Of a DNA stretch of 64,000 bases, positions 1-13,934 are shown piece after piece (within the stretch, counting starts at the first letter, position 1; the number at the start of each line of letters is the position of its first letter). The notes beneath the pieces were generated by a model. It saw nothing but the letters and a program-made list of their open reading frames with translations. It had not been told where the DNA came from and did no database searches. The position numbers and the translations under genes were made by a program. The DNA is from Tubiluchus corallicola (taxonomy: Eukaryota; Animalia; Priapulida), in contig JAQGDQ010000917.1 in NCBI GenBank assembly GCA_030141605.1, positions 16,684 to 80,683 of the forward strand, in the 5' to 3' direction.

Positions 1-114
1 AAATCAAAATAACTATTAACAGATCAAATAACTGTCAGTTTTAAAATTTTATTAATTTTAAAGGCAGAAAATATTCTCGTATCCCACGGGATACAACGGG
101 TATGAAAGTGTTAA
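1..114 (-). mobile_element. Terminus of a piggyBac-like MITE, same family as 31079-31420
   Basis: Reverse complement of 31079-31192. Ends at TTAA and contains the GTATCCC-ACG-GGGATAC-type palindrome. Confidence 0.6.
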
Positions 115-660
115 AGACCCGCTCAAGAAACTACAGTACCATTTTATGCCACTAGATGTCAGGAACAAGTATAGCATGTGCCCCTTTTGCCCTTTATATC
201 ACTTTTGCTTTTTTGCAAGTGCACAAAGCTGTTTTATGCACTCATTTTTGCCCTGTCAAACCTCACATGGAGGAATATATGAGCAAAAATGTGTCTGCAC
301 TACTCTGAGTTAACATTTTATAAGTTTCTAAAATACAAGAAGGTTCAACATCTACAATTGTTATTACACGTTTAACCTACTGTTTTAGATATTTATTAAA
401 AGAGAACTTAATCTTGAGGCAATTACAGAAGTGATTCATGGCACAATGAAGCCATTAATATGATTAAATACACAGAAAAGCTGTTTTGAAAAACAGAAAG
501 AGTTAATTGTGTATTGGGTTTGTTTGCTCACTTATACAGGACAAGTTGCATGACTAGTCTCTTGCCATTTCAATTATCTTCCTTGGAATTGCTTGCCAAT
601 CGAAATTCTTACAGTTTCACTCATGTTTAAGTTAATAGCCAACCTTTTTCCGTTGATCAT

Positions 661-980
661 TATCTTATCTTATCTTATCTTATCTTATCTTATCTTATCT
701 TATCTTATCTTATCTTATCTTATCTTATCTTATCTTATCTTATCTTATCTTATCTTATCTTATCTTATCTTATCATATCTTATCTTATCTTATCTTATCT
801 TATCTTATCTTATCTTATCTTATCTTATCTTATCTTATCCTATCCTATCCTATCCTATCCTATCCTATCCTATCCTATCCTATCCTATCCTATCCTATCC
901 TATCCTATCCTATCCTATCCTATCCTATCCTACCTTACCTTACCTTACCTTACCTTACCTTACCTTACCTTACCTTACCT
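661..980. repeat. Compound in-phase pentanucleotide microsatellite: (TATCT)35, (TATCC)19, (TACCT)10
   Basis: Read directly. Blocks are 661-835, 836-930 and 931-980. Confidence 0.97.
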
Positions 981-1364
981 CATCTTAACTAATTTTCAAG
1001 ATTAGTTTTCAAGAATATGGAGAACATGGCAACTACCAAAATCATTAAAGGAAAGGCCAAGTCACCCAGGAGGTTAGGCTTATTTCAATGTTAGATTATT
1101 CAGTAATAATCCTGTAATAAGCGCCTCGTATAATTAGTAAAATCATTTTAAAGTTGTGATCACTTCATGCTTGGATGCTCCTATTTTCAATACCCATTCT
1201 TCTTCCAATGACGTCGTTCTTTGTGAAGAAAAGTAGCGCACTGTCAATCTTCATCAAAAGTATAACACATTTTTACAAAAAAATAGGTAGCTAGTTTCGT
1301 AACATTTTTGCATGAACATTAGGTAAGCTGTAGAACTTTGAATTAGCTTAAACAGCAAGTGCTT

Positions 1365-1475
1365 TCGAAAAGCCACGATCCGCTTACGAAAAGCTACGAT
1401 CCGCTTACGAAAAGCTACGATCCGCTTACGAAAAGCTACGATCTGCTTCCGGAAAGCCACGATCCGCTTACGGAA
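1365..1475. repeat. 21-bp minisatellite, about 5 copies
   Basis: Unit aaaagctacgatccgcttacg. Confidence 0.9.
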
Positions 1476-1589
1476 GGCATCGACATCTCCCAGCTATGTC
1501 ATAATTTTCATGTGAATGGCGGCAACCAACACGCTTGAAAATTTCTATTCAGAGGCAAATTTCTTTGTTATATTTTTCTAAGTTTAAGT

Positions 1590-1927
1590 GATAACAGTAA
1601 AATAAACCCAACACACTGAGTGACTTGTTCTTTCCTTTAGCACACCACAAACAGTTTAATTGATAACAGTAAAATAAACCCAACATACTGAGTGACTTGT
1701 TCTTTCCTTTAGCACACCACAAACAGTTTAATTGATAACAGTAAAATAAACCCAACATACTGAGTGACTTGTTCTTTCCCTTAGCAAACCACAAACAGTT
1801 TAATTGATAACAGTAAAATAAACCCAACATACTGAATGACTTGTTCTTTCCCTTAGCACACCACAGACAGTTTAATTGATAACAGTAAAATAAACCCAAC
1901 ATATTAAGTGACTTGTTCTTTCCTTTA
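1590..1927. repeat. 72-bp minisatellite, about 4.7 copies
   Basis: Unit starts gataacagtaaaataaaccc at 1590, 1662, 1734, 1806 and 1878. Confidence 0.92.
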
Positions 1928-2562
1928 AGTAAAAAATAACAACACTACTCATAGTAAGAGTAAAGGGTTTCGTCATAAATTTATGATATTACATCAGATG
2001 CTTGCAATTTCTTATTCACTAGCATAGGTTTAACAACAGACTCTCAAATACATTCTATGTGCTGTTAAATAATGCATGCATCCAGCTGTTTAACACCTGA
2101 GCTACCTTAATTCATCTCTCTGCTGTGGACCACACCTGTCAGGTAATGAAAACGCAACACAACCTCCAAAGAGGAAAGAGAAACAGTGTCTAATTACACC
2201 ATGAAACTAACAACGTGAATTCGTGCACTGTAAATCACACAGCACTGCCTGTCTGGCTCCAATATGGCTGCTGCTGCAGTATCAGGCTTCAGCAGAGCTG
2301 GCGTAGGTTGATCACTCTTTGATGATTGCAATAGCAGGGGGTGTCAGCGCATGATCTATGTGGCTCAGGTAAGCTGAGAGAACAATAGTTTATTGATTAG
2401 CATAGGTAGCTAGGAGGACATGATAAGCTTCCTGCACAATTAACCTGCATTATGGCAAGACACGTATCTTATTAAGATTACATTAAGACGTTCACTAGGG
2501 TGAGTTAATATGACTTTATTTTATGAACCCTCAACAGTCAAGAGAAGTGAATGTTGTGACCC

Positions 2563-3435
2563 TTAAAGGAAAACCGGATGACGGATTAGACTCAATCTCC
2601 TGTGTAAACTTGACAACACCTCGCAGCCCATGCTACTGTAATAGCAACAGTTTTAACAACTAGCTAGAACCTTACCTAGTTCATTTTTTCTTGTTCCCAA
2701 GCAAGATCCTGCTAGTAAATCACTCTATGCACAGACTAATGCATAATCAAGTAAAGTCCACGTAAAACAATTGAAGTTACTGAACTGATGCGGCAGACAA
2801 CTTTGCTAACTTTACTTTACCGACACGTAGCAAGATATCATACAGTTGGACTAATAAAAAAGCTACATTATCCCCACTCCGACCGAAAATGTTGTGTTAA
2901 GTGAAAACTGGACGATAGATTAGACTCAATCTTATTTTAATTTACTGTCTAATATATACACTTTTATGCCTATAAAAGTTAGCAATTGTTTCTAATATTT
3001 GAATAATTACCCTGGAAAGTTAATTAAAGGCAAATGAACACAGCTATCACTTACGTCACAAGGTAATCACAGTTTGTACAATGGTAGTTATCTTCCCTGC
3101 GCGTCAAGCACGTTTGGTATAAGACGGTGATGTGATGTCACGAAAATGAGCTCTGCATCACACTGACATCACAAACGAACACATCAGTTCATGATCAGGC
3201 TTATCAGGGTACTGCGCCTATTCGTCGGCCATGCGAATGCGACAAAAAGGCACCATTGCCAGTCTTAGTAGATTCACTGAGCCGCGGGGAGCTTTGAAAG
3301 TTTAACAAAATTAAGTATCCGAGGTAATTATTACTTAATCTAAGCTTTGATTTAAAAAAAGCTATTGTTGTTTTCAATATTTGAAAGCATTCTATTTTGG
3401 ACTAATGTCTACACAATCGTCCAGTTTTCTTTTAA
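2563..3435 (+). mobile_element. Family A MITE (TTAA-flanked, TIR aggaaaaccggacgatt, Kolobok-like) interrupted by a family B fragment (~2605-2830)
   Basis: Left end ttaaaggaaaaccgg and right end aatcgtccagttttcttttaa. Body shared with 19440-19986, 47122-47668 and 54837-55262. Confidence 0.75.
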
Positions 3436-4472
3436 GGAATTGCAGCATATTGAGTGGTGACTCAAGTAGAGAGAAAGCCGGAATACACCTACTACTTCTA
3501 CTACTGCTGCTGCTGCTACTGCTACTATTACTACTACTACTGCCGAACTATGGATCTATGGTTCAATTTCAGGAAACTCTGAGCCAAATCAGGAGTGGTG
3601 GCAAGGCAACCCTACCTAAACCAAGCCACACACACATACGTAGTGCTGGCTTACATGTTGTTAAAACTTTCTGACATGGATCGCATAACAAAATCATGTT
3701 TAAATTGAAATTAACTAAGCTAAGTGGTCTAGTGGAATTGTCGAATGTCACATAACCTCCACTGTATAGATAGATAACAAGGCCAAGTATCCAAGCATTA
3801 ACACCCATAAGCTGATTCATGCTACTGTAGAAAGCTGATCAATGAACAAATCAATATCAGACATCAAATATTACGAAGTTAACATTCAACTTAACGATGT
3901 AAATCCATGACTGCTTGCATAGGCGGCTGACTTGATGTTAATTGCTGCTGTTAATAATTAATGTGAGTGAGATACAAGACAGCTGATGTGAAATACACCT
4001 ATTTTTAGAAGTTTTACAACGAGGGTAAACATTACGAGTCACTAATCAAAGCACAATTATAATTACCATGATAATTTATTAGAAATTGCAGTTATGTGTA
4101 TAATAATATGTTAATTTCATAGATGGCAGTGTTCATGTTGCACTTACATTTAATATACAACCATGCAGTAGCATGTGGCGCCACACACTGGTTAAAAGTA
4201 GAACCATTATATTGTGAAAGCAAGCCACCAATGACTACTGTTATGTTTCAGAGATTACAAAAAGTGGTTAATGACGCAATGTAAAGTTGATGCTGCACTT
4301 GCATTTAATGTACAACCATGCAGTAGCATGTGGCGCCACACACTGGTTAAAAGTAGAACCATTATCTTGTAAAAGCAAGCCACTAATGACTACTGTTATG
4401 TTTCATGGATTACAAAGCCATGTAAGTTCTTGTACCACACTATATTACTATCACGCTTTACCTTCTTCGACT

Positions 4473-4862
4473 AAGCCTTTTCACAGTTCCAACGATTGAT
4501 GATGATCACGAAAGGTCAAAAGTTAAGTGTACGAGACAACGCATTTGTGTACACCTTACAATGCCTCGCAGCCCATGCTGTTGTCATAGTAACAGTTTTT
4601 TAACAGCTAGCTAGAACCTTACCTAGTCCATTTTTTCTTGTTCCCAAGCAAGAACCTGCTAGTAAATCACTCTACGTACAGACCAATGCACAATTAAGTA
4701 ATGGCCACGTAAAACAGCTGAACTTGCTGAACTGATGCTGCTGACGGTTTTGATTTACTCACACGTCACAGAACGATTGTAGTTAAGACGCATTGCTGTG
4801 GTACACTTAACCTTTGACCTACAGTAACTGCGCATGCGCACAACGAAACTGTGAAAAGGCTT
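4473..4862 (+). mobile_element. Family B MITE (TIR gccttttcacagtt, apparent AT target, possibly ISL2EU-like)
   Basis: aagccttttcacagtt ... aactgtgaaaaggctt. Core ctagctagaaccttacctag is shared with five or more other copies in the window. Confidence 0.75.
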
Positions 4863-5214
4863 ATTGAAAAATATCATTTTTAATCTTAATCAAAATGTGA
4901 AGCATACTATTAGAAACAGTGACAACAGAGAATGGACAACACTAAACGTGTAGTGAACGGCGCTGTAGTTTATACTGCTCAGCTTACAAGCATTCAAACT
5001 TCAATATTTTCTTTTTTGATCAATGTAGATGGCGAAACCAGAGCTTTATTATTCTCCTACGGCATGTCGAGTAAAATAGGCAGCACCATCTACTAACAAG
5101 AAGGAAAAGCATTGTAGGCTAGTACAGCTTTGACGATTGTAATGTGCCTACTAATACTGCATATAACTTTCCTACAATGCCAAACTTTTCTGCTAGTCAG
5201 TAGTTTCTAAACAA

Positions 5215-6088
5215 TTATTCAAGACTTTTGAACAGTTTCCTCATGTATACTTAATGAAGAAACTTACAGCATCTGGAATTGAAGGGAAGATATGACTAAT
5301 GATTTATGAATTTCAAAGAGATAGAAAACAATGTGTAATTGTCAACGGAAACAAATCTACATGGAGTCGTATCGTATCTGGTATTCCACAAGGCAGTATT
5401 ATCGGACCGTTATTATTTGCACTTTATATCAACGATTTGCCTAATAACATCACCTGTGCAAGTAAATTGTTTGCTGACGAAACTAAAATATATGACAAAA
5501 CATATAAGTCAACATTGCAAGCCAATCCATCAATTCAGTAAATCATTGGTTGAACAAATGCCAAATTGACCTCATTGTGGAGAAGTGTAAGATAATGACT
5601 GATGGTGGAATCGTTTGCCAGTCTAAGTATGCCATCAGCTCTGGTAATCAAGTATCAAGTATGAGCAATAGTTGATAAGGAAACAGATCTTGAAGTCATT
5701 GTAGACAGCAACCTTGACTTCCGGTCTCATACCGGTTACATCACAGAGAAGATTCACTGCAGCTTAACACTAATCAAGCGCAATTTTCAGTTTCTTGATA
5801 AATCAATGGTTCTGAGGTTATATAAGTCATTAGTCAGAACCATCGTTGCTTATGCAGATGTGGTGTGGGACACATCAAGACAGAATTCTATCCACACAGT
5901 AGGGAGAATTCAACGAAGAATAATCAGGTTGATTCCAGGAATGAGTAACTTAACTTATTCACTAAGGTTTCAAGAAACTGGTGTAACCACCTTTAAGTAT
6001 GGGTGCATGAGACAGGATATGATGCAAACTTTCAGAATTCTACATGGTATTGACAAAACACACATGGATGATTATGTTACAAGATGTC

Positions 6089-6128
<40 letters not shown>

Positions 6129-6238
6129 GCAGCAGCAGCAGCAGCAGCAGCATTAGCAACAGCAGTAACAACAGCAGCAGCAACAACACCACCACCACCA
6201 ACAACAACAACAACAACAACAATAACAAGATTAGCAGT

Positions 6239-6269
<31 letters not shown>

Positions 6270-6560
6270 ACAACAACAGCAGCAGCAACAACAGCAGTAA
6301 CAACAGCAGCAGCAGCAACAGCAGCAGCAGCAACAACAGCAGCAGCGGCAACAACAACAACAGGAGCAAAAACAACAGCAGCAACAACAACAACAACAAG
6401 AGGGCATTCATACAATCTACTCAAGCATCATATCCAGGGCTGTCAGTGAAAACGTGCATTTTCATTCAGAGTTGTTGATCAATGGAACAAGCTTTTAACC
6501 AACGTTGTTAAGGCAATAAGCACAGAGCAATTTAAAGCACGTCTTGACAAGCATTGGCAG
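5215..6560 (+). mobile_element. Decayed CR1-clade LINE ORF2 (RT and C-terminus), split by a CAA/CAG microsatellite
   Basis: Peptides GIPQGSIIGPLLFALYINDLP, KLFADETKIY, LYKSLVR and, after the microsatellite, TRGHSY and FKARLDKHW. Many stops and frameshifts. Confidence 0.88.
6088..6398. repeat. (CAA/CAG)n compound trinucleotide microsatellite
   Basis: Read directly. Confidence 0.95.
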
Positions 6561-6881
6561 CAGAATTCATCACTATTCAGAGATCCCATGTTAACCAAAT
6601 GGAAACAAAATATCTAAATGACACGACCTCCCTCTATCTGCGGGTGATGTCACTATACTTAACTTCTCAGATGCAGCAAGTTTAGGACAGTGGAGGGCAA
6701 GTAGCACATCTGCTAACCTGCTAATACCCCCCCCCCCATTTCTAGATTATGTTATGCAATAACATTAACAAGAATTCAGTTGATGAACCGACAATGTCGT
6801 GTAAAAAGGGGTATGGAATCACTTGACTAACCACAATAATGAAATCAGCAATTAATAAGGGTGGCACAAATGCGATCATTG

Positions 6882-6916
6882 AACAACAACAGTAGCAGCC
6901 ACAACAGCAGTAACAA

Positions 6917-6973
<57 letters not shown>

Positions 6974-7370
6974 TAACAACAGTAGCAGCAGCAGCAACAA
7001 CAACACCACCACCACCAACAACAATAACAGCAGCAGTAACAACAGCAGCAGCAGCAACAGCAGTAACAACAGCAGCAGCAGCAACAACAACAAGCAGCAA
7101 CAGCAGTAACAACAGTAGCAGCAGCAGCAACAACAACACCACCACCACCAACAACAATAACAGCAGCAGTAACAACAGCAGCAGCAGCAACAACAACAAC
7201 AACAGCAACAGCAGTAACAACAGTAGCAGCAGCAGCAACAACAACACCACCACCACCAACAACAATAACAGCAGCAGCAGCAACAGCAGTAACAACAGAA
7301 GCAGCAGCAACAACACCACCACCACCAACAAGAACAACAATAACAACAACAACAACAGCAGCAGCAGCAA
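6882..7370. repeat. (CAA/CAG)n compound microsatellite bracketed by a ~80-bp direct duplication
   Basis: The flank tatggaatcacttgactaaccacaataatg...gcgatcatt occurs at ~6806-6880 and ~7369-7443. Confidence 0.93.
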
Positions 7371-7887
7371 GGGATATGGAATCACTTGACTAACCACAAT
7401 AATGAAATCGGCAATTAATAAGGGTGGCACAAATGCGATCATTCAACAACAGACTAATGACTGATGATCACCTCCAATTTTGCAGAAAAAGTTCTCAACA
7501 TAGCCACGTAAAAGCTAACGGCAACCGTTGCACTGCAAATACCATCAGACGTTGCCAGCACTAGGAAAGTCTGCCATTAACTTATAATACCAGGATACAA
7601 GCGAGTATTTGTCAACCCAGTTCCAATCAACGATAGTTTATTTACCTCGGACAAACACGGTGTGTTTCACAAATGCTTGCCCATTTGTACAAATGAAAAT
7701 CTTCACACAAAAGCTCCACCATGATTTACACACACAAGCTTAGAACTGTTGCGTTTGCATGTCTTTCATATATCATGCATTTTTGTGCTAAAATAGGATG
7801 GAAACGCAAATTGTTTTTTGCTGTAGTCGCTGCTATTGATATCCTGATTGTTCATGATTTATTGCTCCTGTTGCTGTTGTTAAACTT

Positions 7888-8119
7888 CAGGGATGAGAAT
7901 GACAAATTGCAAAAAAACTATGAAACAGGCCGGGGGGGTTATGGGCCCATTGCAGCTAGCAACAAATTGCAATTTTGTGACCATAGAGAGCCTCTAAGTG
8001 GACTTACAATATCAATTTACCTTGTTTCATGCATAATTTAAAATACCCAACTATCAAGGATACATGATACCTTCCAAAAACTCGGAATTCCACGTATCTG
8101 TGGAAAATTCTCATCCCTG
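7888..8119 (+). mobile_element. hAT-like MITE, internally deleted relative of 41166-41628
   Basis: TIR cagggatgagaat / attctcatccctg. Both arms match the 41166 copy. Confidence 0.8.
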
Positions 8120-10524
8120 ATACTTAACACTGTTACTGATAACAATGTTAAAGGAAAACCAGACGATTGTGTAGACATTAGTTCAAAATTAAGTATTCTC
8201 TAAAATATTGAAAACTACAGTACCAATGCTGGAATTAATGAATGACGAACATTTCTGATGTGACACAGATGGTGGTGAATTTTAATTTAAGTAAATTAAA
8301 ACTTAGTAATGTGGAAATATTCTGTGTTATTGGCCATCGCGCATGACGGTCATCCCCGGTAGATAATGCCACAGCTCAGTAGTTTTCACAGCTGCAGCAA
8401 GAAGAACTGCCTAGCGGTGGACGACGGTCATCCCCGGTAGATAATGCCACAGCTCAGTAGTTTTCTCAGCCGCCGCAAGAGCCACCCAGTGGTGGACGAC
8501 GGCCGCTTTTGTTATCAGTTAATTGTTTAGTGGCTGGTTTCATCGTGTGCGGTTTTCATATAAAATCCATACAAGTAAGATAAGTGCTTGCATAGCAAAA
8601 TCGTCCATAATTTCACATATCCTGAATCTCCATTTCATGAAGAACATTTTGATACCAAGTTCATTGCTCTATCTTATTTCTAAGCTGAGATAATCCACAT
8701 TGAAGTTGAGGTGCAGGCTACACAATGAAAAACATAATCTTGAGAAAATCGCTGTTAAAGTTAGCCATTGTTTTTTGTCGTGTTCGTACAAAATACTTAG
8801 CAACCCCACAAATGTCGCTCGCTACGGACACTGAAAGAACACATTGAGGTTATGTTTCAATCCAGTAGATGGCTCTTTGTGACAAATGTCTGGGCTTGGC
8901 AACAAAAATATCCGAAGCAAAATGACTGTTTCCACGAGCTACTATTGGAGTTTGAAAATACAAGTTTTTTTACAATTGACCAGTTTTTAGCCAGAAAAGT
9001 TGCGATAAACAGAAAAAAAATAGATTTTTGGTAGTTTTTGAACATTTTCTTGACAACCTGATGCTAGAAGATAAAAGCCTCATATATTTGACTTTTGAAC
9101 AAACTTTTGGCGCATTCATGGTGAAACTTTGAAGCATCATAACTTACTTTCAACTATGCCGACTTATGGACGGTTTTGGTTTGCAAGCACACAACTGTTG
9201 TCCACACTCATGCAAATCACTATGCACAAACAAGTGCATACCTTATTAGAATCGACGTAAGCACAGGGCGGATTTCAGCAAAAGCGAGGCCCGGGGAAGT
9301 GGGGCGCGTGCCCCTCGGGGGGGGTTTGAAGTACCGGGGGGGCGGGCGCTACCACGGTTGACGCCCAGAAAATTTTTGAACTGCTAGAACGCCGGAGAAG
9401 CATTTTCGAAGAGAAACTATACAGTTGTTAAAGGAAAGAACAATTGAAAAAAAAACTGCTTTATTCTCAAGACCAGTCCTTAACACTTGTCAATACTGGT
9501 AAACGGCGCACATGCGGCAAGAGGGGGGGGGGGAGAGCAGGCAGTATGTTCGCAAAAAGCAAAAAAGTTACCTTGGCACGAGGCCCCCTGGAGGTTGAGG
9601 CCCGGGGGGGGGCATTAGTCTATGTCAAAAACTTAACACTGATAGCAAATGTGTGAGCAAACTTTAATCACACATCTGCTCTCAGCTTGTGCAGGTAACA
9701 GCAATGTAATAGTTACTGCCATGCGCTACAGGTATATTGGTAATTATCGCTAATAGCATTTTGCGACGGAACATCATTAGTCACACAGAGTAATTTACAA
9801 CACCTACAGAACTGGGTGCTTTAGCTCAAAATAAAACACAGATGCTAGCTTTATAACCAGGGGAATCGATATATTGAACTCCTGATTCTGGCTCTAACTC
9901 CGACTCCTAAAATTTTAGGAGTCCCAATTCCCTTTAAGTTGTAGTAGTCTCAATATTTAGCTACATTTCATCACTACTTCTTATGCTCAAAAACAGTCCA
10001 GCTGCATAAACACGAATACGAAAGCATCCCAAAATGGGGTGTTATGCATAAATGTGTTAAAAGTTCAAAGTAGCTGGAGTTTGAGTTTGTCTATTTATTC
10101 CCGATTCTGACTCCTCTAAAAATAAGTGTACTCCTGAGTCCTAACTGCGACTCCCAAACCCTAAGTTTTAACAACTCCGACTTCGCTACTTGAGAAAAAT
10201 CCACCACCACCCCATGAAGAAAGCTTCATTTACTGAACAAAACAGCATAAAACAGTTAATAAATTTACAGAAAATGCACAAAACCCAAATACGACCTTGA
10301 CACAAAAATGTAATCATTACAAAGCTTAAGAACCCCTCTTAATAGATCTGCTGGTTGTTTTTATCTGTAAACACTCATTGTAACAAAATTAACAAATATT
10401 GTGTAAAAATTTCTCAATGCCCAGCAAGTTAATCAGGCACGACAATGAAACATGTAATTGCATTGTTTGCAATCGCATGAGAAACGAAATTTTAAAGAAA
10501 ATAAACAAAATGAGTACACTTAGA

Positions 10525-10704
10525 GGAATGAGGTAAGAGTGGAAACACGAACCACGGCTGCAGTCCTAGTGGAATGAGGAAAGAGTGGAAACACGAACCA
10601 CGGCTGCAGTCCTAGTGGAATGAGGTAAGAGTGGAAACACGAACCACGGCTGCAGTCCTAGTGGAATGAGGTAAGAGTGGAAACACGAACCACGGCTGCA
10701 GTCC
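10525..10704. repeat. 46-bp minisatellite, about 4 copies
   Basis: Unit ggaatgaggtaagagtggaaacacgaaccacggctgcagtcctagt. Confidence 0.92.
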
Positions 10705-12354
10705 AATCCGACCTCACCTCTAAATCGCTAACCTTCGCAAAAAATGATAACAGAAACATATAAATGTAAAAGCATTGGTTTGAACAAACACTATTGATTT
10801 TGAACAAACACTATTGATTTACCTGATTTGGCTGATTCGCTTGCGCAAAACTGATTCCTGCATCAGCCCTCATAGTTCAACTGTTGCACACTTGGTGTCA
10901 CCAGTGTCACATAAAATTTCTACATAAGCTACTGAACAATTAGTGGTCACGCAGAGAATGACAGAAGCCACCACCAGGTAGAGCGTTTAGGAAAACTACT
11001 GTTAGTACTTAAACTGGTAAAAGTACAGAAAGAGAGAGCCAATGATCCCACCTGGTTAGTGAAATGCGAACTAGAATCTCCGCTGTCGGTGAATTACAGC
11101 TGACGTTACGTTAGTTTCTTCGTACTCTGAAACACAAACAAAAGAAGGTATAAAAACTGTTAAAATATAAATAGCAGGCTGTTTGATACGTTAAAGTCAA
11201 ACTAAACTATAAAATAGCAGGCTGTTGGATCAGTTAAAGTCAAACTAAACTAAACTGTTTTTAAAATTTAAATTAGTTAACTTATCAAATGAGAACTATT
11301 ATTCATTCAAGCATCAGCGGTTTCTGGACACAGCATGTAGACACGGCAGCTTCAGCAAGCACAAACCATGCATATTATTTTAATGACTTTGGTCTAAACA
11401 TCACGTTCAAGGCTTCAGTTAGCGGCAAATGGCACCGACTGCTTTTAACGAACCAGTAAAACTTGATCAGCAGCCCAGCAGATTGTGAAACAGCTTTGGT
11501 ACAATTTTTTGTAGCCAGCAAATTTAACTGAGACTCCAACGATTCAGGTCTTCAAACTTGTGGCCAGATGTTGTGTTTTAGCCCGTCCACACTGTCTTAT
11601 TCACACTATCAGTGTCGTCAGTGTTGAATGACAGTGAAATTCGAATGTCATTCAAGTTTGACAATATTAAGCTGGTTTTGATTTTCGTCAGTGTCAGTCG
11701 TCATTCTCGGAACAAACAGCCAATAATAATGCGCGCCGATAACCCAGCTAGAACAGTCCATTTATAGTGGGGTGCGTAAATGACCCATGTCACTAAAAAC
11801 AACCGACTGTAAGCAAAAAGCGACTGAACAGATATTATAAGTGCGCGAGTGTAGAAGCTTTCTACAAGTAACTTTATTGTAAGTTTGTAGACTTCTACAG
11901 CGAAATGCATGGGAATTTGAGCTAGTGCTGTGGCGACTAACCTGCAAAAGCACGATTGCTTTGACAACCTATTCTTTTTGTATTATAAAGAGGTGCAAAT
12001 TTGTCCAGTAATCTAAAAATTCATTTGTGCTTCTGCTTTTAATTCCCGGAATGTTTGATAGTAAATTCAGTTCTTTGCCGAAGTTATTTTTTCCTTGTTT
12101 TCTCTTTCCCTTTGCAGTTCACGGTAAAACAAAGTTCGTTTTCATACAAGCCGTTTTGCTGCTATTTCAGAAATGAAGAGAAGGTAAAGAATACCCCTTC
12201 AAGTAATAGTTATGCGCAAAATAACTCTCAGTAAAAGCTCATCACGTGGACAGAGTTCAGGGTTTCGAGTGCCATTCTTTTGAATGTCATTTTTTGAAAC
12301 TTTAGTAATTTTGAATGGGACTAGGTATTAGTAGATGTTTTAACTTTTGTTTTA

Positions 12355-12868
12355 GACTACGGCCAAATCATGTTAACCAACGTAGAGCCTGATTAGTACT
12401 TGGATGGGTGACCGCCTAGGAATACCAGGTGCTGTAGGCTTGCAGGATGCCCACACTGTATCTCGAAACTAGGCGGAGGAGCTGCACAAGGCAGCCAACG
12501 GCTAGAGGGCAGAGGAGGTCAAGTGACCCAACTGCCATGTGTAGAGGAGTAAACCTTCCAAATCAGGAGTGGAGCCCCGAAGGCGGACCAGTGCACCATG
12601 CTCACTGACTCCGGCAGCTCCTGCAGCCAACCTGGTGCCAAACGTATCGCTCCGCTTTCCTTTGGACTACACCAGGGAGGAAGAGAGGGGGTTCCTGTTG
12701 TCTGGGCAACTCAGGATCTCCATACACCTTGCCCAGGCATACGCCCTAGAGACGTTCAAGGATTGGATTGCTCAGCCACAGTCGACGCTGCAGCTCCATC
12801 AATGTGATCAATAATTGACTCTCTTGGCACACAATCCATTGTCTTCCGATACAGAAGGATGCCAACAA
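12355..12868 (+). mobile_element. 5S rRNA-derived SINE (SINE3 type), copy with an internal deletion in the 5S head
   Basis: 5S-like head gactacggcca...ttagtacttggatgggtgaccgcctaggaataccaggtgctgtaggctt. Body matches the 21172 copy. TSD taacttttgtttta / taacctttgtttta. Confidence 0.88.
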
Positions 12869-13077
12869 TAACCTTTGTTTTATAACACTTGGCTTTCCTC
12901 AAGTAAAATCTGGTTTTGTTCACACAAATCTTGCAGATCTGGTAGGTGTGGAGTCTTTATTTGATTCACAGCGAAACGAATGTTTCCTGGATGATCAACA
13001 TCACCGAGACTCTGAAGGTCTGAAATGTTTTAGTACCATCACAAAAATGAGACGGCAAAATACAGTTGAAGTTATTA

Positions 13078-13934
13078 CAGTCAAACCTTGTCATAATGCC
13101 AGGTCTGGGACAGCACTAAATATGGCGCTATAGTGGGGTTGGCGGTAAGACGAGGTTCATGCCAAGTCTGGAACACCACTAAATATGGCGCTGTAGTGGA
13201 GTTGGCGGTAAGACGAGGTTCATTAAATATCAAAGCCATTCCAGTCTGTAACTCCTGTTTTGTTCCCTAGTTAATTTTAATGTTCGATAAATAGTATAAT
13301 GTTATTATACGTATAAGAATACATGTGTTATATATTTTTACTGCATTAACAGAGCAGGTGTAGTTCTATGGTGGTGTTTGACTTAACACAACGTGGAGAA
13401 GCAATCTCGTGAAATACTGCTTAATTAGCCTAAGTCATATGTACCCATGTAGCCCACCCACGCTCCCAACGTAATATTACTGAACAATTAGTACAATAAA
13501 TAGCCTGCCGCATATAACTTGACCTTGAGCTTTTACAACCGTTAAATTCACATCAGTTAAGTACTGGAACTTAGCTGCGCAACTCTTGTACTCTTAAAAT
13601 GCATGTTCTTTGTTCAAAACATCAACATTCATTTTCATACAGTCATCTGTTACAAGACACAAATCTTAATTTAAACATCATAACTGTTTTTCTGTACAGA
13701 AGTCATTGTTTTTCTACAATACTATGTTTTATAGGAACGATGCATTGTACTTTATCTTGGCTGGCATTATAACGGGGTAAATTTACTATATTACAATATA
13801 CTTTTGGTGCGGCAGATACATTGGTGGATGGCGGTAGGCAGTATTTCCTATACTTAATATATTGGAACAGGGCAAAAGTTGGCTTTATGGCGAGGCTGGC
13901 ACTATAACGGGTGGCGGAATAACGAAGTTCTACG
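13078..13934. mobile_element. Tc1/mariner-type MITE, degenerate
   Basis: Left end ta-cagtcaaacct and right end ataacgaagttctac-gta, with subterminal repeats. Confidence 0.5.

Noticed and set aside
931-980. Interstitial telomeric repeat
   Set aside because: (TACCT)n reads TAAGG on the other strand, which is neither TTAGG nor TTAGGG.
593-988. 131-aa ORF
   Set aside because: Translation of a pentamer microsatellite.
6040-7442. PolyL, polyN/S, polyQ and polyT/A ORFs
   Set aside because: Frames through CAA/CAG microsatellites with no exon or domain evidence.
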